DNA from: Azolla caroliniana
Taxonomy: Eukaryota > Plantae > Polypodiophyta
Reading direction: 5' to 3'
Assembly: GCA_043228905.1 (NCBI GenBank)
Contig: JBHGNT010000007.1
Span: forward strand, 19,530,001 to 19,594,000
Length of the DNA: 64,000 nt
Below, in pieces: positions 38,101 through 48,965 of this stretch. The position numbers were made by a program, and so were the translations under genes. The first letter of the stretch is position 1; the number at the start of each line of letters is the position of its first letter. The notes below the pieces were generated by a model that saw only the letters and a program-made list of their open reading frames with translations, made no database searches and had not been told where the DNA came from.

Positions 38101-38610
38101 TGTGTGTAGGGAAATTGGAGATATTGTCTAAACAAAGCATACATTCAGAATTGGGAGTATCACACTCTGAATGATAAGGAAGCAGTTGATGGAGAAACAG
38201 GGCAGAATGCTGACTTCACATATGAGGGACTTGGAGATACTTTGAGTGATGTCCTGAACGTTGGGGATAACTTCGTTGTAAATGCTGAAGAAGGCAATTA
38301 AGAGGGTGTTGATTTCTATATATTGAAGTGCACGGTTAGTAAACAGTGTGAAAGGTAGAATATTGTAGATGCATGGGGAAATTTTGTATTTGCCGGGACA
38401 TTCTACATCAAAGGCATTTTTTATGCAAAACTAGATGACTACGAATATGTGTACAGGCTGTTAGAAGACAAACCAGCGGCGTACATGTACTCTCATTTGG
38501 TCAGGTGCATCAACGTCCCAATGTTAGAATACAATAGCTGCTCAGGTTTATACACTGTTGGTGCTAATGTGTATGAATGTATTTACAATAGTATGCCATG
38601 GAATTTGTAG
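35115..38610 (+). pseudogene. Sola2-like DDD transposase, one intron (35864-36768), several nonsense codons
   Basis: In-frame splice HLLDVPQ|VDLFIRFKRMHP. Cys-rich region (TCCCIYH, CTCGCPIC, CQDCG). Catalytic-type motifs VVDFAENY, VWSDGAASQFK, FGSSHGKGEHDGAG. C-terminal CFCFHC. Confidence 0.8.
35905..36750. repeat. Minisatellite of palindrome AGCTAATTAGCT (~21-bp unit) filling the transposase intron
   Basis: Dozens of ATAGCTAATTAGCTAC(CATG|TAGG) units between the GT donor at 35864 and the AG acceptor at 36768. Confidence 0.95.
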
Positions 38611-38900
38611 CTACAAGTAGCAATTACCATGTTCTCTTGTAAAACAAACATGTATTTCGCGAAAACAGTTAAATAAATTCGTTTGAGAATCAATTTCTTG
38701 TATACAGTCTGATTTCTGTGTTTCTTTCTCAATAAAATCATGTCTTTTTTGTTAAGTTTTAAGTTATAAGTTATAGTGAAATAGTCATCAATAACATGAA
38801 ATCAACAATCTGCAACATATTCATCAAATTACACAGTAGATAAGTACAGTGGGAACAAGTAATTAAATTCTTCATTGAATAATGTCATCTCTTTACATAT

Positions 38901-39956
38901 TTATAAATTACCATTGGAAATGTCTACAAATCTCCTATAAACAGCTAAGCTCTTGCTAGTTAGTGGAACGAGTCTACATATATTATCCGCATATCGAGCT
39001 CGGTATAGAGTCCACAACCGTGCACCTAGTTGGCAGCTCACTGTTTGCACCAGGTATTGTTCAAGCATTTCCTCTGGTAGAATGAGACAACATCTCCGAA
39101 TATTGAAGTAGTGCCGGAAATGTTCTGTATCCAAAATCAATGTGTTGTCGGCATTATATTCAGGCCAAGTAGCCCAAAAATCAGAAAGTCTCTTGAATCT
39201 TGCAGCTTCCATTTGCTCATAATTTTCTCGTGCCCATTGACCTTTAAAACAACTTCGCCATTTTGGGAAGAATCTTGCTAAACACTTCCACACATCTGAT
39301 TTTGGTTTTTCACTCCAAATAAACAAATCAAAGTATTGCACAACCCAGTCTAGAAACTGATTCGCGTCCCTCCTTGGCTGCATATATCTCACACTCATCA
39401 AAACTTTATCAAGCTCCAAGATCAAGGCTCTTCTTTCGACTTCTAGTGGTTTAGGTTTCCATTCCTGAAACTGAGCCGCTGTTACACCATTTTTTGGTAG
39501 GACACGATCAATCTCAATCAGCTCAGCTTCGGTCGACACAACTAGCGTCCTTTTCCTCTTCAAACCCCTACTCGACTGTGTTGGTCCTGGCTTCACATTC
39601 TGGTGCTCTTGTTTTGTTGACTTAGTTATCAATCCTTGGATTACCTCGATGCATGTAGCTACTGATCTGCTCGATATCAGTCCACTGGTATCACATGCTG
39701 CATCTACCTGCAACACCAAGTCATCCGTGCAACATGCTTGATCAACTTGTGTGACCAGATCACTTGTGTCAGTTGCTACATCTACTTTCAAGATGGGGCC
39801 CTTTAAACACGCTGCAACATCAACAGTATCCACACTGCCATTGGCCTTACGAGCAATAGAATCAAACCCTTTAGACTCTGCAACATCAGAAAACACCAAC
39901 ATATTCACACTCACAAAGTAACTAACAGTCTCACAAAACAACATCCTAAACATCAA
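38901..39956 (-). CDS. ORF with degenerate FCP1/NIF (HAD phosphatase)-like C-terminal domain
   Basis: ALILELDKVL...PRRDANQFLDWVVQYFDLFIWSE...FWATWPEYNADNTLILD follows the NIF pattern (LVLDLD..RP....FL......F...IWS...NTL.ID), but the DxDxT motif is lost. KRKR NLS-like stretch. Confidence 0.55.
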   Translation of the reverse strand: MMFRMLFCETVSYFVSVNMLVFSDVAESKGFDSIARKANGSVDTVDVAACLKGPILKVDVATDTSDLVTQVDQACCTDDLVLQVDAACDTSGLISSRSVATCIEVIQGLITKSTKQEHQNVKPGPTQSSRGLKRKRTLVVSTEAELIEIDRVLPKNGVTAAQFQEWKPKPLEVERRALILELDKVLMSVRYMQPRRDANQFLDWVVQYFDLFIWSEKPKSDVWKCLARFFPKWRSCFKGQWARENYEQMEAARFKRLSDFWATWPEYNADNTLILDTEHFRHYFNIRRCCLILPEEMLEQYLVQTVSCQLGARLWTLYRARYADNICRLVPLTSKSLAVYRRFVDISNGNL

Positions 39957-40679
39957 AGAGTTTCAGTCATAGAACACCACTCTTCAAATTATCTTGGAAA
40001 AACATCATAGAGTTCCATTACATACTGTGGATCAAGCAACAACCAATCTGAGGTTTTACTTGTCCAACAAGATAGTAAAACTTCATAAAACCCTAGCAAA
40101 ATCCCTAAGCTAACAATCATATCCAACTAAACAGTATTTCGCTCCACTACGTCTGGGCCCCTTGACCGAGTAACTGGTCTTGTTCCCGATCGTGGCCCCT
40201 TCTTCAGCCTTTTTCTGGTTGGTTCCCCATTTAGCCTTGCTTCTTTCACCCAATGCGCAAGTGTGTCCTCCTCCGACAAACTTCCCATCGCCTCAGCAGC
40301 TAATAGCACATCAGTCGTTTCTTGAACTAGCTTTTCAAGTACAGAGGGATTTGTTTGGACATTTTCAGTAGTTGGGCTCGGTGGGGTGGAATCAAGGTCT
40401 TGAGATTCGAAGAAATGTTGCATCAAGTGTTCATAAACACTGTTGTTGTGAACCTCAGTTTTACATGTTGTTTCCATTATTTCATAGCATTTCACATCGT
40501 TGCCTAATTCAGTACACTGTTCCAAAAGAATAGGGTGGAGCTGATCTGAAGGAGATGTGATAGCAGGACTCTTACTTTCAGCCACGTTGGCAGCAATATC
40601 CTCATCTGTTGCAGCGTCATCAGCACTAGACACATCATGTGCCGTCCTTAATCCATAAGACTCTACAATAACATAGCAA

Positions 40680-41640
40680 CTATTTAGGATAGCTAATTAG
40701 CTAATTTACTAAACTATGGTAGAAGCTAGGATAGCTAATTAGTTAGTACGATAGCTAATTAGCTACTTTACTCAACTATGGTAGTAGCTAGAATAGCTAA
40801 TTAGCTACTTTACTCAACTATGGTAGTAACTAGGATAGCTAATTAGCTACTTTACTAACTATGGTAGTAGCTAGGATAGCTAATTAGCTACTTTACTCAA
40901 CTATGGTAGTAGCTAGGATAGCTAATTAGCTACTTTACTCAACTATGGTAGTAGCTAGGATAGCTAATTAGCTACTTTACTAACTATGGTAGTAGCTAGG
41001 ATAGCTAATTAGCTAGTAGGATAGCTAATTAGCTACTTTACTAACTATGGTAGTAGCTAGGATAGCTAATTAGCTAGTAGGATAGCTAATTAGCTACAAT
41101 GATAGCTAATTAGCTACTTTCTCAACTATGTAGTAGCTAGGATAGCTAATTAGCTAGTAGGATAACTAATTAGCTACTAGGATAGCTAATTAGTTGCCAG
41201 TAGCTAATTAGCAAGTAGGATAGCTAATTAGCTTTTTTACACAACTATGGCACTAGCGAATTAGCTAGTACCATAGCTAATTAGCTACTAGGATAGCTAA
41301 TTAGCTAGTAGCTCATTAGTTGCTAGTAGTTAATTAGCTAGTAGGATAGCTAATTAGCTACTTTACACAACTATGGTACTAGCTAATTAGTTATGAGTAG
41401 CTAATTAGCTAGTAGCTAACTAGCTGCCAGTAGCTACTTAGCTAGTAGCTAACTAGCTGCCACTTAGCTAATTAAGTACTGTAGTAAACTATGGCAGTAG
41501 CTAATTAGCTAATAGGATAGCTATTAGCTGCTTTAATCAACTATGGTAGTAGCTAATTAGCTACAACGATAGCAACAAAATAGTTTCCATACTTTTTACG
41601 GCTTAGCTAATTAGAAAAGACTAAGCTTATTAGCTACAGT
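40680..41640. repeat. Second AGCTAATTAGCT minisatellite (~42-bp and 21-bp units) in an accessory-gene intron
   Basis: GGATAGCTAATTAGCTACTTTACTCAACTATGGTAGTAGCTA-type units inside minus-strand intron 41649-40663. Confidence 0.95.
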
Positions 41641-41955
41641 ATGGTATACCTGTTAGTTTTCTCCACTCATTTGGTAGAGTTGTACTGCAATCTCCCAAAC
41701 AGAATGCAGCAATTGGACAGGCATGTTGAAAACAAAGCAGATGGTATGTGTGGTTGCATGGTTGTAGATTAACCAACAAAGACGTAGTTTTGTCCTCCAC
41801 ACCTAACCCGCAAGTGATGCAACGTGCTTGAACTGTCAATAAATCATTTTGTGGTTCTCCTTCATTTGGTAAGGGAGCAAGAATGTTCAGGTCCAAATCC
41901 TGTCTGGTCCTTACCATTCCCTCCACAAAATGTAGTTGCTTCTTAAGGCAGCTAA

Positions 41956-42410
41956 TATTATAGATCTAAGTACTAAAGTAAGCTTAAGATAAGGATAAAC
42001 AAATGATAGATAGAAAGGAGAAAGAGAAAGAAAGGTGCCGATCCACCCGACCACCCCCGAGCGAAGGGATCGAGACGGACTCGAGCCTCGATCGGCGTCC
42101 CATACCACCGCCGTGGCGTCGAGTCGTACCTGGTGCTAGCGCGCTTGCTACAAGAGTTGACCCACCACAAGAGCAGCGTCTCGATGTAGTCAAAAGATCC
42201 TCAAATGAGGGTAGCTAGGCCTCTTATTTATAGCGATACCCAAGGCCCCCAGGCAAGTTCACACTTGACCTAATGGGTTGTCTCAATCCCGAGGATTAAA
42301 AGTAATCCTCCCCTTCTTTACACTCTCATTTAACCCTCACACTTATCCACGTGTACAGAATACTACAGTAAATTCTCACCACGGGATATTAAATGGTCAT
42401 GCCCGTAACA
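41956..42410. mobile_element. Solo LTR inserted in an accessory-gene exon
   Basis: Perfect 5-bp TSD GCTAA. Ends TATTA (probably mutated TGTTA)...TAACA. Excision restores the reading frame. Confidence 0.85.
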
Positions 42411-43529
42411 GCTAACTACCTGTTCTTGATGAATGTATTGTTCCTTCAATGCAACAAAGAAATTTACCGATTAATTATTCCTGTCTGAGAAAGATACACC
42501 AACTTTGCTCTGGAATTGTTAACTTACTTGAAGCTTTTCCAAATTGTAATCTGCAACAGTATTTACACCTAGAAGGTCCAGGTTCATTGAAAGAACCTGG
42601 ATCTCTATTTGCAGTTGTATTTTATGCTGGGGATCCAGTGGCCCCTCTAATTCAAGCTCCTGTTGCGCAACCTATTCTAGATAATGCTTGATTAGCACAT
42701 TTTACCCTTAAAGTTATTTATAACACAATCACATACTAGCAAAACAATAGTTACCTGAATCTTATTTCTAATCGTTGTAACAGCGGAAGTAACTTTGCTC
42801 TCCATTGTAGAAGCCATTGTGGCTTTCTCTAAATCAGTCTTAAAAAATGCCAATGTCTCACAGGCTTCATGGACATTTTTTAGCATATAGCTAACCAATG
42901 TCTCACCTGTATCATCGACATTGGCTTTCCTTGGGTGTCGGTGTGGTGTATGCCCCCGGTTTTGCTGGGAGTCCGCAGTTGCATCAACAGCTGCCATGCT
43001 CTAAAATCTGTCTATTTTTTGTGCCAAGGTCCCCATCTTTCGGCATCTTTTTACCAATGCCTCACCATAGACTGCCCAAGCTACCCTATACATTTCAGGG
43101 TCTCTGGATTCCTTCGTTGTTTTGCAATACTCATATGCAAATGCTCTAGCAAATGAAACTGACAACTCATTGTTGACTGGGATCTCCTGATGAACTTTCT
43201 GGTGCAGCCTCATGTAGTCATCGTACAAGTCGGCTCGTACATGCTTCAGCTTGACCTTGCCTTTGACTCTAGGCACTGTATATATTGTCATCTAGTCTAC
43301 ATCACTGATCAATTTATCACTTAGGACAGCAGGGTCAACACCCTCGAGTGACAGACCATAGGTGTTGTGGAAGTCCTCCTTTGTCTCGCAAAATTTTGCG
43401 AAGTTTAGCACTCTCGGATACGGAGGAACGAGCCATCTGAAATATCATTTTAGAAATCAGAAATAGTGCAAAATCAGAATATGTCAGAATCAAAAACCCC
43501 AATCAACAACAACAGAAATAGTGCAAAAT

Positions 43530-44097
43530 CTTTAACTTAGCAAATCAGAAACCCTAATCATAATTTGTATTCAGAAATTTGAAATCAGAAACCCTAATCA
43601 AAATCTGTAATCAGAAGTTTGAAATCATAAACCCTAATCAAAATCTGTAATTAGAAGTTTGTAAATAGAAACCCTATTCAGAAATTCTAATCAGAAATTT
43701 ATAATAAAAAACCCTAATCAGAAATTTCAATCACAAACCCTAATCAGAAATTCTAAACAGAAATTTATAAACAAAAACCCTATTCAGAAATTCTAATAAA
43801 AAATTCTAATCTATAATCAAAATTTGTAACCAGAAACCCTATTCAGAAATTCTTATCAGAAATTTATAATCCAAAACCCTAATCAGACATTTCAATCAGA
43901 AACCCTAATCAGAAATTTCAATCACAAACCCTAATCATAAATTCTAATCATAAATTTATAATCCAAAACCCTAATCAGACATTTCAATCAGAAACCCTAA
44001 TCAGAAATTTCAATAACAAACCCTAATCATAAATTCTAATCAGAAATTTATAAACAAAAACCCTAATCAGAAATTTCAGTCAGAAACCCTAATCATC
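43530..44097. repeat. AAACCCTAATCAGAAATT minisatellite in the first intron of the accessory gene
   Basis: More than a dozen AAACCCTA-containing units between acceptor 43437 and donor 44140 (minus strand). Confidence 0.9.
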
Positions 44098-45424
44098 ACT
44101 AAAGACAGGATTAAACACAAAAAAAGTAATATAAACACACCTGCTGCTACTCCCCGATCTGCGAGACATCCTTGTATGGGACTCCAAGGACTTCGCCCTA
44201 TTCGATTTTGGGGAAATATGAATTGGCACCAAAGTTCAGACAGTAGTCAAAAAGAAAAAACAAATGTTTAGGGTTTCTGTAACTGAAACATACCTGGACG
44301 ATGATCGAGTGGGTTCTGTGTTGTAGCTCTCAATCTGCAATGTCGATTTTCTGCTGTTGCGGGAGCTATGTTTGCGTTCGTGCTCTGAGTACTCCATCTA
44401 CGTTCAAAATCAAACTTAGGCTAAACAATAAATTGATGACATTGAAGTCGACCTTAGATGATGGTGTTATTCCCCAAGTTCCACTACGTCTGAAACAAAA
44501 GTTCAAATATTTGAGTTTTTTCATAAATTAGTTTTTCAAATATTTGATTTTCCCACAAAAAAGACTAGCTAAACAAATAGCTAATTAGCTATGGCCATTT
44601 TAGTAGCTAATTAGCTATAATAGTGTTTCCACTCACATGCTTTTACCCGTTTATGACTGCTCAAAAAGTAGCTTAATTTTACACCAATGAATTTTCAAAG
44701 CATTTTTTGATCGAAAGATTGAAAGATCATGGGAGACCCATCTTTTCTTTGCATGGAGTAGATAGGGATAAATAATGGTAGATTCAAGGTACGACATTGG
44801 CCACGAAAGAGGTTTTCTTCCAGCTAGAAAATGCTTTAGAACTTCATGTTTTCATCAAAGTAAGAACCATTAATCTAGAAATACTTTGCCCATGATTTAA
44901 TTGGGAGGATATACACTGTCCCACAATTTCTTTCGTATGTTGACATAAATGTAGGCAAATGCCAGTTGAGAAAAAAGAGACGCTTTGAGCTTTTTGGCTT
45001 GTGATATTAATGTGCGATTATGCGTGATATTAATGTGCAAACATGTGGATGTACACATATGCATGTAAGTTATTACTCATGTTGCATAAACCATACATAC
45101 ATAACATATGTAAGGATATTTGTACTTCTCAATGCTCATCCCAATTCTCTGACTCAAAGATGCATTTATGTTAGTGTAATCGTACATACTTATATGACAT
45201 AGTTGAGCACATTGCTCAAATTTGTGGGTGTGTCCTGTGATTGTAGGCTGTAGCATTGGATTTTGTACTCTTTTCAATCAACATCTATGTTCACTTATAA
45301 ATATTCCATGTTAACATCTATCTCCTTCAATATCTTGAGTAATCTATGGCCTTGATTTTATACGTATCATCTTATTATACCACTAATTATGACTTCAATA
45401 CAGTTTTTTAATTCCTCATAGAAC

Positions 45425-47669
45425 ATGGAGTCAAGTGTGGATGCCCCTTCAATGAACATTCTATCATCCCCAAACACAATGTCCTCGGCTTCTACAAGTA
45501 AAACATTTGAAGGAAAATCAAAGAGACGACGAACTTCATGGACAAACCGACACACGATAAATATCATAGATAATGGTGTGCCCCGCCGTCGATGCTCACA
45601 CTGCTCTAGTACTTGGTCAACTAATACATCCATGGGTACTCTAACAAAACATTTATTAGAAAAACATCACATTAATAGCACATCTGAGCCACATAGTTCC
45701 TCAAGTATGAGTCCAATGTCTATGATCCAAACTCCCTTAGATACATCCAAGCTTCTAATAACTCCTACATTAGAGAAGAAAATTGATAGCTCTATCACAA
45801 AATATATAATCACAGAAATGTTGCCTCATGTCCATGTTGAGTCCTTAGGTTTTAAACAATTCATGCACGATGTCTTACCAGGGTATAGGCTTAAGTCAGC
45901 ACGTACTTTAAAATGATCAATAGGGCAAATGTATGTTGTCATTCGTCAAATAGTTATAGATTTTTTGTCTACACTTGATTCACGTTTTGCAATTACGTTT
46001 GATGGGTGGTCAAATAGTAGTTTGAAAGGATTTTATCCAATGACATTACATTGGGTATGTAGAGAATCTGCCAAGCCAATGTCTATGCTCATTGATTTCT
46101 TCCATGTATTTCCTAGTGATGGCATAGGTAAGCGTTGTGGTCAAGCTTTATTTATGCGTTTAAAATCCTTCGGTATTTCTTCTCACATCTAATGGTGCTA
46201 GTGATGCTATTATGGCCTCAAATGAGTTGGGTAGATTGTTACATGATATGCATAGAGATGATATTTTGCCTTCATCAAATATGTTGAGATGTATGGTTCA
46301 TGTATTTCAACTTGGTATTAAGGCTGCATTAGAGGTCATCTCACCTTCCACTATGAAGTTGAGAAATATTTTGGTATCCATACGTTCTAGTAAAGTTCGT
46401 AGAGCTATATTTAGAAAGTATTCTAAATCAATGTATGAGCAAGGAGAGCAGGAGCCACCTTGTCTTGATATCATTACGAGATGGAATTCCACCTTAGAAA
46501 TGTACCAAGAAGCCTTGAAACTTAGAGATGTTTTAAGTTGCACTATAGCCGACTCTATTATTGTTGCGGATTTCGTTGATAGTATGCTTACTATAGATGA
46601 TTGGAACCACATACAAGCAATGGAGCAATGGCTTCTTCTACCTGCTAGAATTTGTACCTATTTAAGTGGGTCAAAGTACCCCACCCTCTCAATAGCTTCC
46701 CTTGCCTTCAATGGCATGTTATCACATTGTAACAAGTATTTGGGAGTGGATGTGGAATCAATAGAATCTAGCTCAAGTAAGGCAGCTCTTGAAGTGCAAG
46801 AAAAAGCTAGTGAGAAATGTTTACAATATTTGATAAGATATCAAGAATTGTTGAAGTTCATACCTTCTCGAATTGCGACCTTTCTTGATCCAGGGTATGT
46901 TGCTCTATTAATAGCTTTTTTCATACATAATAAATTGATTGCTATATTTTTTTTCATACATATTACGTAATGTGTTTCATCTTCATATATGTTTTCAGAG
47001 TTCCAATATCCAATAACGCAATTGAGAGGAATTTGGATATTGATTTGGTTCACAAAGTCTTGGAAAAAAATTATGTAGTTTATGTTCCAAACTCTAATGA
47101 TAAAACACATGAAAGAGATCTTACAAAACATGAAGATCTTTGGGAAATCTTAGGTGTCAATAAGCCTTCTCAAGAATCAATGACATCTTCACAATTAGAA
47201 ATGGAATAGTTTATGAGATTTCCTCTAGCAGTAGCACAAACAGATATTGATCCACTTCAATGGTGGTTTGCCAACATGTATGCTTCACATTTCTCAATTA
47301 TAAATTTAACATTTTTCATCAAATTTGTGCAAAATCAGTTTCAAAATGTTTGTTTACATCTAAACCAGGTTTGCTTTACCTTGAATGTACAAGATGGTGT
47401 GTGATTATTTAGCAATACCAGCATCATCAATGCCTTTAGAGGAAGCTAATTTTGAAGCAAAAGATAACTTTCACGATAGAATTTGTCTACACTCATGCAT
47501 TTTCAAGGCTGAAATGTGCATTAGGTCATGGTTGTATGTCCTTAATGAGGCAAATGTTTCATTACCTAAATACTTTAGTGAAGCGTATAATAAGTTGGAT
47601 ATAGATGTGGAAGATATTGCTATGGAGGATGATGTAGTGGACTATATGTTGAGTCAAATTAGAAGTTAG
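45425..47669 (+). pseudogene. hAT transposase of element B, decayed; homologous to element A transposase
   Basis: BED finger RRCSHCSSTWS...KHLLEKHH, AITFDGWS, LRCMVHVFQL, DIITRWNST, FLDP, DPLQWW, CDYLAIPASS. Stops and a deletion. Confidence 0.92.
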
Positions 47670-47868
47670 AACATGTGCTTAATTGCCCATATATTTTTTT
47701 TTAATTTCAAACATTATACTTTCATATTGTTGATGGACATATTTAAAATTTAAAATTTAAGTGTTTGGCATTTGCACTTAAATTTGTTCATTCTTCATGA
47801 TTTGGTGGTTTTAACTTGGATCCAACCATTGTTATATTGATGTCATTTTAAAATTATTTCGTGTGCTG

Positions 47869-48965
47869 GAGAGGCTTAATCAATCTAGTGAAAAAATTAG
47901 AGAAAGCAAGAGGACTATTCTAGAAACTGAGGAGCTTGGTGTTTCCATATTGCAAGATCTCCATCAACAGATACAAACACTCCTTCATGCACAAGATAAG
48001 GTATGACGATATATAGTTTTTCTACTTTGCTACTCTCTAAATGGAGATATTGTCTCTGGTTGATTTCTTCATGATTACATTTCAAGGTTTTTAGTATTAG
48101 AGAAGCTAGATTAGAAATACATTTTCATGCAGTAAGATCATTTTTATTGATGTCAAGGAAAAAAATGTTTTACTTTCAGTATGCATTGGATTCTCTTACC
48201 TATATGTGTATTGGAATAGTATTGATAAGACCTATCTTCTCCATTGCCGGAGGATATGGAGACCAGATTAATTAGAGAGGATAATTGAAGAGATGTGTTT
48301 ACACCTACAATTCCAAGTACCGCTTGCAAGTTTTCGCTATATTGAAGTTACTAAGACACTAAATCTATAAAACCAAGGATGTAAGGGATTCTTTGAAGGA
48401 TAGTTGTTATAGAAGCTAACAAAAAACAACAATATATTTAATCAGTAGTCAATGTAGAAGATAGTGTAGGTGAATCACATGGAATCATCACAACTTTGGT
48501 TGAGGTGTCATCGATGCAATATAGTTTAAGTCTTAACCTCAGCCATTTCATCCATTTGGTGAAACTTTTCAGATGATTGAAGGAGATGCTAGCTACATTA
48601 TGTTACCAATGACCATTGACTTTAAAATTAAGAATTTGTTCTCTTAATATTTTGATCCTTTCTGATGTATCTATGCTAATTTTTTGAGGATGTTGCTTTT
48701 GATATTGTAGCTTGGTGATGTGGATGACAACATTGGTAAGAGTAAGAAGATTTTAATATCCATGACACGAAGAATGAGTCACAACAAATGGATTATGGGT
48801 GAGCTTATTGGTGCTCTTGTTGTTGCAATTTTCATCAAATGGATTATGGGTGGACTTATTGGTGCTCTTGTTGTTGCAATTTTCATCAAATGGATTATGG
48901 GTGCACTTATTGGTGCTCTTGTTGTTGCAATTTTCATCGTTGCATATGAGAAACTTTCCTCATAA
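47869..48965 (+). pseudogene. VTI1: Captured 3' fragment of a VTI1-type Qb-SNARE gene (two exons, intron 48001-48710)
   Basis: ERLNQSSEKIRESKRTILETEELGVSILQDLHQQIQTLLHAQDK|LGDVDDNIGKSKKILISMTRRMSHNKWIMG... matches the plant VTI11/13 SNARE motif and TM. GT...AG intron in phase 0. 5' exons absent. Confidence 0.85.
48786..48938 (+). repeat. 51-bp x3 in-frame tandem repeat of the SNARE TM segment
   Basis: KWIMGxLIGALVVAIFI three times, starting at 48786, 48837 and 48888. Confidence 0.95.

Larger units (their letters stand above)
40127..44169 (-). pseudogene. Multi-exon accessory gene of the Sola2-like element: unknown N-terminal domain, RING-like finger, acidic/basic tail
   Basis: In-frame splices MSRRSGSSSR|WLVPPYPR (intron 44140-43437) and KLT|ESYGLRT (intron 41649-40663). 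Removing solo LTR 41956-42410 restores QEQVVSCLKKQLHFVEGMV. RING-like CITC...PCNHTYHLLC...CLGDC. Two in-frame TAGs. Confidence 0.7.
33941..44648 (+). mobile_element. 10.7-kb TIR DNA transposon, Sola2-like DDD transposase with accessory genes
   Basis: 25-bp TIRs GGGTGAAAGCATGCAAGTGGAAACA (33941-33965) and TGTTTCCACTCACATGCTTTTACCC (44624-44648), 22/25 match. 4-bp flanks ATTT/GTTT, GGG termini. Superfamily assignment is from recalled motifs, not a search. Confidence 0.8.
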
